32,000 nt of DNA from positions 240,001-272,000 of the forward strand of contig NC_014205.1 of NCBI RefSeq assembly GCF_000092465.1. The letters are read 5' to 3'. Source of the DNA: Staphylothermus hellenicus DSM 12710 (GTDB lineage Archaea > Thermoproteota > Thermoprotei_A > Sulfolobales > Desulfurococcaceae). The notes below the pieces were generated by a model. That model was not told the DNA's origin. It saw only the letters and a program-made list of their open reading frames with translations, and ran no database searches. A program made the translations under genes and the position numbers. Positions 9,558 to 19,864 of this stretch are shown piece by piece (the first letter of the stretch is position 1; the number at the start of each line of letters is the position of its first letter).

Positions 9558-9698
9558 AGTTGCACCCCAATAACTATGATGGTTTATGGTCCATAAATAA
9601 ATTATGAATACTTATACACGTTGAATTGTTGAGTATAACCGTTAAGTTTTAGAGGTAATACTTATAGACAATTAAATGTATCTCATCATGAAAATTGG

Positions 9699-10346
9699 TT
9701 GATCTTTATGGATGTACTTGTGAAAACAAAGATTCTAAGACCAGTTAGGATCGGGGATGACAAGGTAGAAGTAACCGTTTTCAGTGAAGAGGAGAAGTCT
9801 TGGGAGAAACACCGTATTAGAAGCTCTAAAAACATACTTGATAGAATGATGGCTATGGCTAATAACATGGTTATAATGAATCTCCAAGATAACGCATATG
9901 TTTTCTCCGAAGTAGAAGCTCCTGGGCTAAGAGCTATTGTTGGAGAAGGAATGGTTGAAGGAGTAGAGACAATACTGTCTCCTAAACCCTCATTACTATT
10001 ATCAATCGAGTTCGGCAAGAAAACAAATGATCATGGGGAGATCATTCATAAAATTAAGCCAGAACCAAATACATGGATATATGAAGGCAGTATTATAAAC
10101 AAAAACATTGATTATGACCTAGTAATTCTGAAAACAGCTGATGGGCCTAGGATAATTTTGCCTGACGAACTATATATTCCGCAGAGAAAGTCTAGTGGAG
10201 GAAAGAAGACTAAGAAAAAGAAGCGTAGAAAAAGAAAACATGCATCGAAAAAATCGGTTAAGAAATCAGCAAAAACAAGTAAAACAACTAAAAAATCTAA
10301 GAAAACAAAGAAAACTAGGAGGAGAAAGAGGAGGAGAAAGAAATGA
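9699..10346 (+). CDS. hypothetical protein with an extreme K/R-rich C-terminal tail
   Basis: A globular N-terminal part of about 160 aa is followed by GGKKTKKKKRRKRKHASKKSVKKSAKTSKTTKKSKKTKKTRRRKRRRKK. The stop overlaps the next gene's ATG (ATGA). Confidence 0.55.
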   Translation: MIFMDVLVKTKILRPVRIGDDKVEVTVFSEEEKSWEKHRIRSSKNILDRMMAMANNMVIMNLQDNAYVFSEVEAPGLRAIVGEGMVEGVETILSPKPSLLLSIEFGKKTNDHGEIIHKIKPEPNTWIYEGSIINKNIDYDLVILKTADGPRIILPDELYIPQRKSSGGKKTKKKKRRKRKHASKKSVKKSAKTSKTTKKSKKTKKTRRRKRRRKK

Positions 10347-11071
10347 ATGAGAAAACACTTCCACACATAAAAGCAAAGCCTGGAGAAATAGCTGAAAACG
10401 TTATAGCAGTAGGCGATCCTGGAAGAGTAAAGATTCTAGCAGAACTATTAGATGACTATAAAGTAGTTAATGAGCATCGAGGATTACTTGTTATAACAGG
10501 TAATTACAAGGATATACGAGTATCCATTGCAACACATGGAATGGGTTGTCCCTCAGCAGCTATAGTATTCGAAGAACTAGGAATGCTTGGAGCTAGGAAA
10601 ATTACGAGGCTCGGAACAGCAGGAGGTATGAGGGAGGATTTAGAGATAGGAGATATAGTAGTAGCTACTGGAGCAGCATATACGAGGGGCGGTTGTGGCC
10701 TAGGACAATACATGCCTGAAGCATGCGCGCCCACCTCTCCCGACCCAGTATTAACCACTAAGATCATGGAGAAACTAAGCGGAACAGGTACTAGATTCTA
10801 CTCTGGACCAGTATTTAGTAGTGATGCCTTCTATGCTGAAGATCCAGGTTTTGCCAAGAAATGGAGTAGTAGAGGAGTTATAGCGGTTGAAATGGAAGCA
10901 GCAATACTTTTCGCGCTAGGATGGATGCGGGGGTGGAGAACAGCCGCTGTATTGGTTATAAGCGATAATTTATTATCGGAAAAAGAAGAATTCGCTACAA
11001 GCGAGGAGCTCAAAGAAAAAATAAATATAGCGGCAAAAGCTGTTCTAGAAGCATACCGGTCCCTTAAGTAG
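10343..11071 (+). CDS. nucleoside phosphorylase, PNP/UDP family 1 (purine/uridine/MTA phosphorylase type)
   Basis: GDPGRV near the N-terminus, TRLGTAGG, and VEMEAAILF motifs. 242 aa. Confidence 0.8.
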   Translation: MNEKTLPHIKAKPGEIAENVIAVGDPGRVKILAELLDDYKVVNEHRGLLVITGNYKDIRVSIATHGMGCPSAAIVFEELGMLGARKITRLGTAGGMREDLEIGDIVVATGAAYTRGGCGLGQYMPEACAPTSPDPVLTTKIMEKLSGTGTRFYSGPVFSSDAFYAEDPGFAKKWSSRGVIAVEMEAAILFALGWMRGWRTAAVLVISDNLLSEKEEFATSEELKEKINIAAKAVLEAYRSLK

Positions 11072-11187
11072 TAACGAAAATTTTTGTCTCCCCTATTCTT
11101 CCAGAAAACATTTTAGAGCATACCTAAGCGTTAAAAAGGAGTTATGGCTTCATAAAATTATCAATAGAATAATAGGAGTGTTTTTGG

Positions 11188-12630
11188 GTGCTTTTATTGT
11201 ATGAGATCAAACTATATAATACGTTGACTAGGAAGATCGAGGAATTTAAACCAGTGTCTCCTGGATTCGTTAAAATGTATGTTTGTGGACCGACAGTATA
11301 TGATTATAACCATATAGGTCATGGAAGAGTATATGTTGTATATGATGCGTTAAAGAGATACTTTGCTCTCAGAGGATACCATGTTATTCACGTGATGAAT
11401 ATTACCGATATAGACGATAAGATCATTAATAGAGCAAATAGGGAAAAACGTGATTGGAGAGAAGTAGCTGAAACCTATACAAGAGATTATCTTGAAAGCC
11501 TCAGAAAATTAAATGTAAAAGTTGATCTTCATCCTCGAGTAACAGAGCATATTAAAGAAATCATTGAGTTCATCCAGACACTAATAGATAAAGGATACGC
11601 ATATATTGCTCCAAGCGGAAGCGTCTATTTTGAAGTAGACAAGTATCCTGAATATGGAGAATTATCCGGGAGAACCAACAAGGAGCTGTGGAGCCAGGAA
11701 AAAGAATTTATTAGTGAGAAAAAGAAACCATACGATTTCGCATTATGGAAGGCATGGAAACCCGGAGAACCATACTGGGAAGCTCCGTGGGGTAGGGGGA
11801 GGCCGGGATGGCATATTGAATGTAGCGTTATGAGCTCCAGATATTTAGGTAAACAATTCGATATTCATGGTGGAGGAACAGATCTTATATTTCCACACCA
11901 TGAGAATGAAAGAGCACAGAGCGAAGCAGCATTTGGTGTTAAGCCATGGGTAAAGTACTGGGTTCACACCGGAATGGTTATGATGGGCAGTGAGAAAATG
12001 AGCAAGAGTCTGGGAAACATTATACCATTAAGGGAAGCATTCAAGGAATGGGGTCCTGAAACACTGAGGCTATGGTATTTGACAAGTCATTATAGGAGGC
12101 CACTAGTATTTACTGAGGAATCAATAAAGCAGACACAGAAATACTATGAGAGACTTGTTTCAGTAACCAATACGATTAAGAAGTTGAGTAGAGAAGCGGT
12201 AGGTCTTCATAGAATGAACGATGAAGACTTAAAGATTCTCGATAAACTATTAGAGATCAGGTCGAGATTTCATGAAGCATTATCAAATGATTTCAATACA
12301 CCGCAAGCATTAGCTGTAATAAGCGAGTTTATGACTCTGGTGTTTAAAGAGATACAATATAATCCTAAATACATGCTAGTACTCACCGCTTACAAATTAT
12401 TAAGGGAGTTCAATATAGTGCTAGGAGTTCTAGATAAATACTTGGCTGAAACACCTGAAGAACTAGAAACGCTTCTAGACAATGTGATCAATATTGTTGT
12501 AGATATTCGGAGGGAGCTTCGTGAAAGAAAACTATATGACCTAGCTGATCGTATAAGGGCAGAGCTGGGAAAACATGGAATAATACTTATGGATCGGGGA
12601 AAGGAAACAACGTGGATGAGGAGGAAATAA
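11188..12630 (+). CDS. cysS: cysteinyl-tRNA synthetase
   Basis: Class I signatures HIGH (NHIGHGR) and exact KMSKS, plus WHIECS zinc/cysteine-site region. 480 aa. The start is GTG 11188 or TTG 11197. Confidence 0.95.
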   Translation: MLLLYEIKLYNTLTRKIEEFKPVSPGFVKMYVCGPTVYDYNHIGHGRVYVVYDALKRYFALRGYHVIHVMNITDIDDKIINRANREKRDWREVAETYTRDYLESLRKLNVKVDLHPRVTEHIKEIIEFIQTLIDKGYAYIAPSGSVYFEVDKYPEYGELSGRTNKELWSQEKEFISEKKKPYDFALWKAWKPGEPYWEAPWGRGRPGWHIECSVMSSRYLGKQFDIHGGGTDLIFPHHENERAQSEAAFGVKPWVKYWVHTGMVMMGSEKMSKSLGNIIPLREAFKEWGPETLRLWYLTSHYRRPLVFTEESIKQTQKYYERLVSVTNTIKKLSREAVGLHRMNDEDLKILDKLLEIRSRFHEALSNDFNTPQALAVISEFMTLVFKEIQYNPKYMLVLTAYKLLREFNIVLGVLDKYLAETPEELETLLDNVINIVVDIRRELRERKLYDLADRIRAELGKHGIILMDRGKETTWMRRK

Positions 12631-13347
12631 TTGGTTTTATCAGCTAAACGTAAATGGAGGAGCAGCGAAGAAATAGCTCTCCAGTTCCTAGAACAACAAG
12701 GATTTAGGATCATAGATAGACACGTCAAGGTAAAAATAGAAGGTGTAGAAGTATCTGAGATCGATGCTGTGGTGGAGGATGGAAAAGGCGAGAAATACGC
12801 TGTAGAAATCAAGGCTGGAACAATTGATGTAAACGGTATAAGACAAGCATATGTGAACGCACAGCTAGTAGGATATAAGCCCCTCATAGTGGCTAAGGGA
12901 TTCGCAGATGACTCAGCAGCAGCTTTAGCAGAGAAGCTTGGAATCAAGGTTTACCAGTTAAAAGACTACTATCTAGTAGAAGCAGAAGAACTAGAAACAC
13001 TTGTAAAAGCTTCGATAAACAATATTATACAAGAACTACTAGACACATTGTTAACAGAGAAAAAACTAGGTCCTGAAGAATATGATTTCCTAGAAAAAAT
13101 GGCTACTACTAAAACAATAAAGGAACTAGCAGATAAACAGAACATAACAATAAATGATGTGGCAAGAAAAATAAGGAGGCTACAGAAAAAAGGTATACTA
13201 AGCTATAAACATAAAAACTACCAATATCTACGCCTAGAAGCACAACTACTCATCCTCCGAGAAAACATAAATAGAGCAATAAACAAGCTCAACCTCATAT
13301 TAGACCAGATAAGCAACTTATTAAAAACACCGAAAAACCAGCCATAA
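12631..13347 (+). CDS. PD-(D/E)xK (YraN/RecB-like) nuclease domain fused to a C-terminal HTH
   Basis: N-terminal EEIALQFLEQQGF...SEIDAVV...YAVEIKAG (E-x-D ... E-x-K nuclease core). C-terminal TIKELADKQNITINDVARKIRRLQKKGIL (HTH). The TTG start directly abuts the cysS stop. Confidence 0.55.
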   Translation: MVLSAKRKWRSSEEIALQFLEQQGFRIIDRHVKVKIEGVEVSEIDAVVEDGKGEKYAVEIKAGTIDVNGIRQAYVNAQLVGYKPLIVAKGFADDSAAALAEKLGIKVYQLKDYYLVEAEELETLVKASINNIIQELLDTLLTEKKLGPEEYDFLEKMATTKTIKELADKQNITINDVARKIRRLQKKGILSYKHKNYQYLRLEAQLLILRENINRAINKLNLILDQISNLLKTPKNQP

Positions 13348-13492
13348 ATTCTTCTATTTAGAAAACATTATTGAATTATGATGTGTTATTTAATAATTTG
13401 TAGCGAATACATTGCTCCGATACTCCTCTTATTCCTGCCTTTATAACTTTAGAAAGAGATTATATGGTGGCTAATAATTACATGTATTATTG

Positions 13493-13572
13493 GCTGTGAG
13501 GAGCGCGCCGGAAGAGCGTTGAGCCGATCCTAGGTGGCCAGGCTGGGATCGGGCGATGACTGGACACTTTTT
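13493..13572 (+). ncRNA. GC-rich structured element / candidate small RNA ending in T5
   Basis: An isolated GC-rich block sits in an AT-rich convergent intergenic region. It has a CCGATCC...GGATCGG 7-bp stem flanked by TTGA and GATGA (K-turn-like). It is followed by TTTTT at 13568-13572. Confidence 0.3.
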
Positions 13573-13582
13573 CTCCGAGCCA

Positions 13583-14608
13583 TTAATTCTCTAGGAAGTC
13601 TATTAGGATATATATGCCATAATCGCTTTTCAGAGGTTTGGGAATATTCTTTAAACTTACTTTTTTGAAGTAGTCTATTCTATTTAGAATTTTTAGTACA
13701 GTATCTGTGAATGTCTCCAAGGCCCATTTACTAAGAAATACTATGAGCCCAGTATCACTATATATGTAGGCCATTCCTATTTTCTTAGAGGAAATAACTG
13801 GTCTACCATTCATTATTGCTTCTACAAGTATTCTATTTGATTCTGGATTAGCTCTCTTTACAATAACTAATGTGGAATGTTTTATGATCTCGGAGATATC
13901 ATCGCTAATTATACATATGGCATTGTAGTTTCCATTACATGCATGAATTATAGGTTTAGAACTAACTATAACATATCTAACTTGCACGCCGAGTTCTCTA
14001 AACGTTTCTAAAGCATTATGGAACACTTGATCATTTATCCAATCATCATAGGAGATAATTATTAATGGCTTATCACTATAAATAAGTTCTCTAACCATAG
14101 ATACGCGGGGCTCTATCAGCGGTATATATATGTAATTACGGCTCCTAATAACGGTCTCCAAGTATTCTTTCTCATAGGGCGTAGTGAATACTAATAGAGT
14201 GCTTACTCCCAATAATCCTAGTAGGAACAAGGAAAATCTAAACAAGTATAGTTTAAACAGCCTCAATAAACCAAATATGTGCTTCGGGCTCGGCGGTATT
14301 ATGATCACGGTTTTTCTCGGCCTAGAAATAACTAGGCTGAAAACTTGAGATAGAAACCATGAATCCACAGGAGAACATATGATGAAATCGTAACTATTAG
14401 CTCGCTTAATCATTTCTAGGAGCAGTTTAAAAAATATTCTAAAACGCTTAACTAGTCCTAAGCCCTTGATATGTTCATAAACACTTGTAAGATCAGCGTA
14501 TTCAACACTAAACTTTTCCTTCACAAGCTTATCATAGATAAAATTATCTATGAAACCACATTCTCTAGATAAAAACAATATATTCTTATTAGCCATATTA
14601 GCACCCAT
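13583..14608 (-). CDS. putative glycosyltransferase (GT-B-like), low confidence
   Basis: The C-terminal PESNRILVEAIMNGRPVISS resembles the GT4 E-x(n)-E/nucleotide-sugar motif. 341 aa. Confidence 0.4.
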   Translation of the reverse strand: MGANMANKNILFLSRECGFIDNFIYDKLVKEKFSVEYADLTSVYEHIKGLGLVKRFRIFFKLLLEMIKRANSYDFIICSPVDSWFLSQVFSLVISRPRKTVIIIPPSPKHIFGLLRLFKLYLFRFSLFLLGLLGVSTLLVFTTPYEKEYLETVIRSRNYIYIPLIEPRVSMVRELIYSDKPLIIISYDDWINDQVFHNALETFRELGVQVRYVIVSSKPIIHACNGNYNAICIISDDISEIIKHSTLVIVKRANPESNRILVEAIMNGRPVISSKKIGMAYIYSDTGLIVFLSKWALETFTDTVLKILNRIDYFKKVSLKNIPKPLKSDYGIYILIDFLEN

Positions 14609-14663
14609 ACATGGTAAGTATAGATAATAATGGTTTGAAAATAATATTTTTCCGGGAGCGGAG

Positions 14664-15791
14664 TTGACGAATATACTTCAACTGAAAAAACAATTAAGAA
14701 AAACTATAGCTTCAAAGCTTACATCTAAAGAAATACGTGAAGCTATAAGAGATCATCATGCTAGGAGAAAACCCAGGCCTTGTGGAATGACCATACATAC
14801 AGGCATAGGGTGTAGTCTTAGATGTACTTATTGCTACATAGAAGATATGGGGTTTAACTGGATAGCTAAACCATATCCATTAACAGGTTTACAACTAGTA
14901 TACGCGCTACTATATAACCCATACTTTGTACCTGGAGAATATGGAACATTAATAGCGATGGGATCAGTAACCGAGCCATTTCTCGGGGTAACTCGTGAAA
15001 AAACATTTGAATACATAGAAGCCATTGCAACCTATCTAAAAAATCCAATACAGTTCTCAACAAAAATGTATCTAACCAGAAGAGATGCTTATAGATTAAA
15101 ACAATTAGATCCAGGCATATCTCCACTAATAACAATAGTAACTATTAGATACAAGGATAAACTAGAACCACTTGCTCCACCACCCGAGAAAAGATTTGAA
15201 ACAATAAAAAATCTTCGAAGCAAAGGATTAAAACCGATCTTATTTCTTAGACCAATAATACCGGGAATTATAGAGGAAGAATATGTGGAGATCTTGGAGA
15301 AAGCTAGGGATAGTGGAGCCGTAGGAGTTGTTGTGGGTTCGTTGAGGGTTACAAACAGAATACTTGATAGACTGAGAAAGGCAGGGTTAGATATAGGAGA
15401 AATAATTCGTAGGCTCCCTAGGAAACCACGTGGTAATGAACAAGTTCCAATAAATACTAGGGACTTGAAAGAAGAAATAATTAGATATGCTAGAAAAATA
15501 GGATTAGTAGCCTTTCCAGAAGCTTGTATGGCTAATATCTATACACATGGACGCATATGCTGGAAAATGATACATCATAAAATAGTTGTTCCAGGAGTAG
15601 AGCCTCCCCAAATAAGTATTGATGAATTGAAAAAGATTGCCGAAGAAAACAATGTTGTTCTTAAAAAAGCTACTAGGAAGAAATATTTTATAAAAATGCT
15701 CCTCGAAGGAGACCGTATTAGTAAAGCATTGTTTTCAGAATATGTGAAATGCAGGTTTGGATACTGTGTGAAAATACTGAGATCAAAGTAG
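14664..15791 (+). CDS. radical SAM protein (SplB/DNA-photolyase-like COG1533 type)
   Basis: CSLRCTYC CxxxCxxC motif about 50 aa from the N-terminus. 375 aa. TTG start. Confidence 0.7.
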   Translation: MTNILQLKKQLRKTIASKLTSKEIREAIRDHHARRKPRPCGMTIHTGIGCSLRCTYCYIEDMGFNWIAKPYPLTGLQLVYALLYNPYFVPGEYGTLIAMGSVTEPFLGVTREKTFEYIEAIATYLKNPIQFSTKMYLTRRDAYRLKQLDPGISPLITIVTIRYKDKLEPLAPPPEKRFETIKNLRSKGLKPILFLRPIIPGIIEEEYVEILEKARDSGAVGVVVGSLRVTNRILDRLRKAGLDIGEIIRRLPRKPRGNEQVPINTRDLKEEIIRYARKIGLVAFPEACMANIYTHGRICWKMIHHKIVVPGVEPPQISIDELKKIAEENNVVLKKATRKKYFIKMLLEGDRISKALFSEYVKCRFGYCVKILRSK

Positions 15792-15798
15792 TTAAAGA

Positions 15799-16035
15799 TT
15801 ATTTCTTTGAAACAAGCTCTTTTAGTTTCTCCTGTATATTGTTAGCCAATTCTGTAATTCTATCCTTATCCATATCGCGTACAAAAGTCTTGGTTTCATA
15901 TAGAAATACTTTTCCACTCATCTTATCTTTCACTCTTATAATGTCTTTTTCTTTTCCATGATATATATCTAGTAGTTCTAGCTGTCTTTTAGCCAGTTCT
16001 TCTCTAAGTATTACACTTGGTGTCTTAGGCATCAT
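15799..16035 (-). CDS. hypothetical small protein (78 aa)
   Basis: ORF only. The + strand ORF 15749-15961 is its antisense shadow. Confidence 0.4.
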   Translation of the reverse strand: MMPKTPSVILREELAKRQLELLDIYHGKEKDIIRVKDKMSGKVFLYETKTFVRDMDKDRITELANNIQEKLKELVSKK

Positions 16036-16110
16036 TATCAGCCTCTATCTCAACTAGTTAAATCCTTTAAATCCTTGTTGGTTATTAAAACCTTATTGTT
16101 ATAAATAAAT

Positions 16111-16557
16111 ATGTTGGTGAACAGGTATTTGAAGCTAAGGATGAAATGGGGAAATGGCTCATTATCTGTGGAGCTAAATGAAGATATATTAACTATTTAT
16201 TCACCTAATTTCCTGTTAGAGCTAAGGCCTAGAACAATAATTGTTGATAATTGTAGAGGGTATAGGGTTGGAGAAGATAATAAAAGAAAATATATCTACA
16301 TATATTTAAAAGAAAAAATTAATCCATACACGTCTCCGCCACAAATAACACCTACTAAGAAACCTATTCTATTAGGGAATTATCAATTAGTATACACTAC
16401 TACAAAATACGATTTATACTATACAATAATTACTCCAGGATACACCCTTTACGAATACGTTATTATCACAAATGATGAGGTAGGAATAGCGTTGTCTAGG
16501 AAGAGAGAAACATATTTCGAGGAAACCGATAACAAATTAGTTATTTACCTGGTATGA
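16111..16557 (+). CDS. hypothetical protein (148 aa)
   Basis: ORF only. Confidence 0.35.
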   Translation: MLVNRYLKLRMKWGNGSLSVELNEDILTIYSPNFLLELRPRTIIVDNCRGYRVGEDNKRKYIYIYLKEKINPYTSPPQITPTKKPILLGNYQLVYTTTKYDLYYTIITPGYTLYEYVIITNDEVGIALSRKRETYFEETDNKLVIYLV

Positions 16558-17367
16558 TTAGCTCATATCTATTACAGTACCCCTCAATACTTTACCATAC
16601 AATATAGCGTTTACAGCATTCTCAACATCGTGTCCCGATACAATAAATACAGGTATTCTCAGCTTTTTAGAGAGACTAGCCATATACTTTACTTTCCCAT
16701 AAATACTTCCAGTTTCATCCATATACATTGTCTCCTTAAGCCTGGATAGAACAGTATCTATATTGTTCCTGTCAATTCTAGGTATTAGTTCTGCGTCTTC
16801 ACATCTTTTAGGATCACAGGTAAATACTCCTTCAACATCCGTTAACAAGACAATTCTAGAAACCTTTATATGTTCAGCAAGAATAGAGAAAACCTCCTCA
16901 GTCGATACTATCCTAACAGCTTGGTTCTCATCAATAATGCACTCTCCATAAATGCTTGGAATAATATTGTTACGTAACAAATACTTCAGCGGCTTAATAA
17001 ATGATACAAAACCTCTTTTCCCACCATATATTATTGCTGAAGTCTGCATGGTTGAAACAAGTAATCCATGATCCAATAAGTAATCAACTATTATAGAGTT
17101 TAATAATCGAGTAGCTCTATGACAATTAACTAGTAAAATCTTCTCATCATACATCTTATATTTTTCTACAACGAAATGAGCAAAGCTTCCGCCACCATTT
17201 CCAAGCAATAATCTGGTCTTGCCATAAACACTGCTTAAAATATCAACAGTCTTCTTCAGAGCGGCATAATTGATACTATAGGGTTTATCCTTATATGTAA
17301 TAAAGCTTCCCCCTAATTTGACAAAAACGACATTATCGTGATCCCTATTAATACTCAAGTATAACAC
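16558..17367 (-). CDS. ipk: isopentenyl phosphate kinase (amino-acid-kinase fold)
   Basis: VFVKLGGSFIT (KLGGS) and GNGGGSFAH motifs. The 269-aa length is typical of archaeal IPK in the modified mevalonate pathway. Confidence 0.75.
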   Translation of the reverse strand: MLYLSINRDHDNVVFVKLGGSFITYKDKPYSINYAALKKTVDILSSVYGKTRLLLGNGGGSFAHFVVEKYKMYDEKILLVNCHRATRLLNSIIVDYLLDHGLLVSTMQTSAIIYGGKRGFVSFIKPLKYLLRNNIIPSIYGECIIDENQAVRIVSTEEVFSILAEHIKVSRIVLLTDVEGVFTCDPKRCEDAELIPRIDRNNIDTVLSRLKETMYMDETGSIYGKVKYMASLSKKLRIPVFIVSGHDVENAVNAILYGKVLRGTVIDMS

Positions 17368-17585
17368 CCCATTTACTTATGGTTGTTTTTACTTGTAAGC
17401 TAATACAATATATTGAGGCAATAAATAAATTAATAACTATATTACAACGATAATCATATTATATGTGCTTGATTGAGGAAACTTTTTCATTTACAATGTA
17501 AAAATAGGGATTAGAAAAATTATCATAGCATGTCTATATGTAATGTTTAGCGTGTATGTTGAGGAAGAATGAGTGTTTAGGGTAG

Positions 17586-18914
17586 TTGATTTTGGGATCC
17601 AAAATAGCTGAAAAGATTAGCATGGTGTTAACTTATCGAAACGGGTTGTTGCTTTTATTGCTCATAAATATTTTCTTGTTGTCAACTTCTATTTTTTCAT
17701 GGAACTATTATGATGTTAGATATTTTCTTGAATGGGCAAAAGTTGTCAGGGATCATGGGATATTATATGTATATAAGTATGCTAGAAAAGTTGCTTACCC
17801 CCCTATTGCGGTATTGACTTTTGTATTACCGCATCTCTTAGCAACATCGATTACAACGTCTCTCCCGATCATAAGATTGATTGATAAGTTACCATTAATC
17901 TTGGCTTTTAACTTGATCTTTATATTTTTAAGAAACAAGCATGGTTTAAAAACAGCTCATTACTGGCTAGCTAATACTGTTCCGTACCTTGTAATAATGG
18001 TTTATCAATTTGATCTCTTACCTGCATTATTTATACTCTTAGCTGCATATGAGCTTGCTAAGCCTGATAGAGATCCTTTAAAAACTGCTGTTTACCTTTC
18101 ATTAGCAATTCTTTATAAACAAATACTGGTATTTTTAGCATTAATACCTTTAATTATTTATTATAAGGAGAAACGTTTCAGAGATCTTAAAAAATATGTT
18201 GCTGCAGGAATAGCTGTGGCATCTATAGTTATTCTACCATTCCTAATTGTAGACCCCTATGCTTTCATCTATAAAGTCCTATTATATCATTCTCAAAGAT
18301 ATCCTCAAGAGCTTAGCTTATGGGCTATACCATTATACCTATACAACTATGATTATACTAGGCTGCCTTCATGGATAACCGATGCTTGGCTTCCAATATA
18401 TGTGGTTGCTTTGATACTTTATTTCATGAAGATCATAAAGATTAATAGGTTTGATGAACCAATTATCTACAAGTACTTTGTAATATATATATTGATGACG
18501 CTGATAATCAGTAAAGTTAACAACCTAGGTTATTTAACATGGGCTCTACCACTGTTAGCAATAATAATTAATAGTAAGAATAACATGTTCGATGGATTAA
18601 GGTTTCTATATATTGCTGTATCATGGATAGAGGGGATACTGTATCCTTTCGTAACATTATTTGCAGCATCAGTTGTTTATGGCTCAGTATTCATAGTTGA
18701 GGATTTATCGTATTACTCTGCATTATGGTCTATAGAGAGATCAATTGATAGAACAATGTTTGTATTCTCACTCATAGATTATATGAGAGTATACTTCTAC
18801 AATGTCTTCGAAGCTCTATATCGTGGAATGGGTATATCAGCCACAATATATACACTACTATACAACTGGTACTTAGCCCACACCATCTACAAAATATACA
18901 AGTATTATCCATGA
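17586..18914 (+). CDS. polytopic membrane protein, GT-C-like glycosyl/mannosyltransferase candidate
   Basis: 442 aa with about 11-12 hydrophobic segments. The architecture resembles the DUF2029/PMT type. No catalytic motif verified. Confidence 0.45.
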   Translation: MILGSKIAEKISMVLTYRNGLLLLLLINIFLLSTSIFSWNYYDVRYFLEWAKVVRDHGILYVYKYARKVAYPPIAVLTFVLPHLLATSITTSLPIIRLIDKLPLILAFNLIFIFLRNKHGLKTAHYWLANTVPYLVIMVYQFDLLPALFILLAAYELAKPDRDPLKTAVYLSLAILYKQILVFLALIPLIIYYKEKRFRDLKKYVAAGIAVASIVILPFLIVDPYAFIYKVLLYHSQRYPQELSLWAIPLYLYNYDYTRLPSWITDAWLPIYVVALILYFMKIIKINRFDEPIIYKYFVIYILMTLIISKVNNLGYLTWALPLLAIIINSKNNMFDGLRFLYIAVSWIEGILYPFVTLFAASVVYGSVFIVEDLSYYSALWSIERSIDRTMFVFSLIDYMRVYFYNVFEALYRGMGISATIYTLLYNWYLAHTIYKIYKYYP

Positions 18915-19004
18915 CAAAATTTTTCCAGACCAGCTAATGATTAATAATGGAGTCCATTAGTCTAAATATGTTTGTCTACATAATAGTTGCAGAGTGATCA
19001 TAAA

Positions 19005-19808
19005 ATGCTCTACTTTATCGGCTTAGGTTTATCAATAAATCATTTAACCCTTGAAGCAATCGATGCTTTGAGGAATGCGGATAAAGTATACATTGATACA
19101 TATACAAATATTGTGCCTGATTTCTCACTTGACAAACTAGTTGGTCTAGTGGGTGAAGAGAAAGAATTTGTTATGGCTAAAAGAGAACTTCTCGAGGGAA
19201 AAAACATATATTATATTGTCGAAGAAGCATCTAAGAAAAATATCGCTATTCTAGTTCCAGGAGACCCATTCATAGCTACTACCCACGACGCCATAAGGGT
19301 TGAAGCATTGAGAAGAGGAGTAAAGATAAGAGTTGTCAATGGCTTATCTATTTATTCATTAGCACCTTCAAGAACAGGTCTTCAAGCCTATAGGTTTGGG
19401 AAAACAGTGACTCTTGTTTATCCCGATTATTTTAAACCATACTCTACTATTGAAACAATATATGATAATCTAGATAGAAACCTGCATACACTTCTTCTCC
19501 TAGACTTGAAGATTGAAGAAAACAAAGCTATGACTATTCCTGAAGCTATCGATATACTTATTGAACTTGATGAAAGAAGGGTTTTAGAAAATATTATAGG
19601 AGTAGGATTGGCACAGCTAGGCTCTTCTATGGAGAAAATAGTTGCTGATCGATTAGCTGACCTGAAAAAATATGCTTATCCCTCGCCTCCTCACTCCATA
19701 ATAATTGTTGCCAAGCCTCATCCCGTCGAGCTCGATAATCTATACTATGTTTGTGGATTACCTGAACATCTTTATCGAAGATACAGTGTTTCGAAGACTT
19801 ATCCATAA
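19005..19808 (+). CDS. dph5: diphthine synthase
   Basis: MLYFIGLGL N-terminus and VPGDPFIATTH motif of tetrapyrrole-methylase-fold Dph5. The ATG at 19005 is preferred over the tracked TTG at 18987. Confidence 0.9.
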   Translation: MLYFIGLGLSINHLTLEAIDALRNADKVYIDTYTNIVPDFSLDKLVGLVGEEKEFVMAKRELLEGKNIYYIVEEASKKNIAILVPGDPFIATTHDAIRVEALRRGVKIRVVNGLSIYSLAPSRTGLQAYRFGKTVTLVYPDYFKPYSTIETIYDNLDRNLHTLLLLDLKIEENKAMTIPEAIDILIELDERRVLENIIGVGLAQLGSSMEKIVADRLADLKKYAYPSPPHSIIIVAKPHPVELDNLYYVCGLPEHLYRRYSVSKTYP

Positions 19809-19864
19809 ACTTTTAATTCCCAAATAATTCATATTATTGGGATAAGTTGGACGAGGTGTCCAAT

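Noticed and set aside
9558-9698. ATGATGA/ATGATGG C-box-like motifs on both strands of this intergenic region
   Set aside because: No D box (CTGA) lies at a compatible distance on either strand, and the sequence is AT-rich. They are probably promoter-region coincidences.
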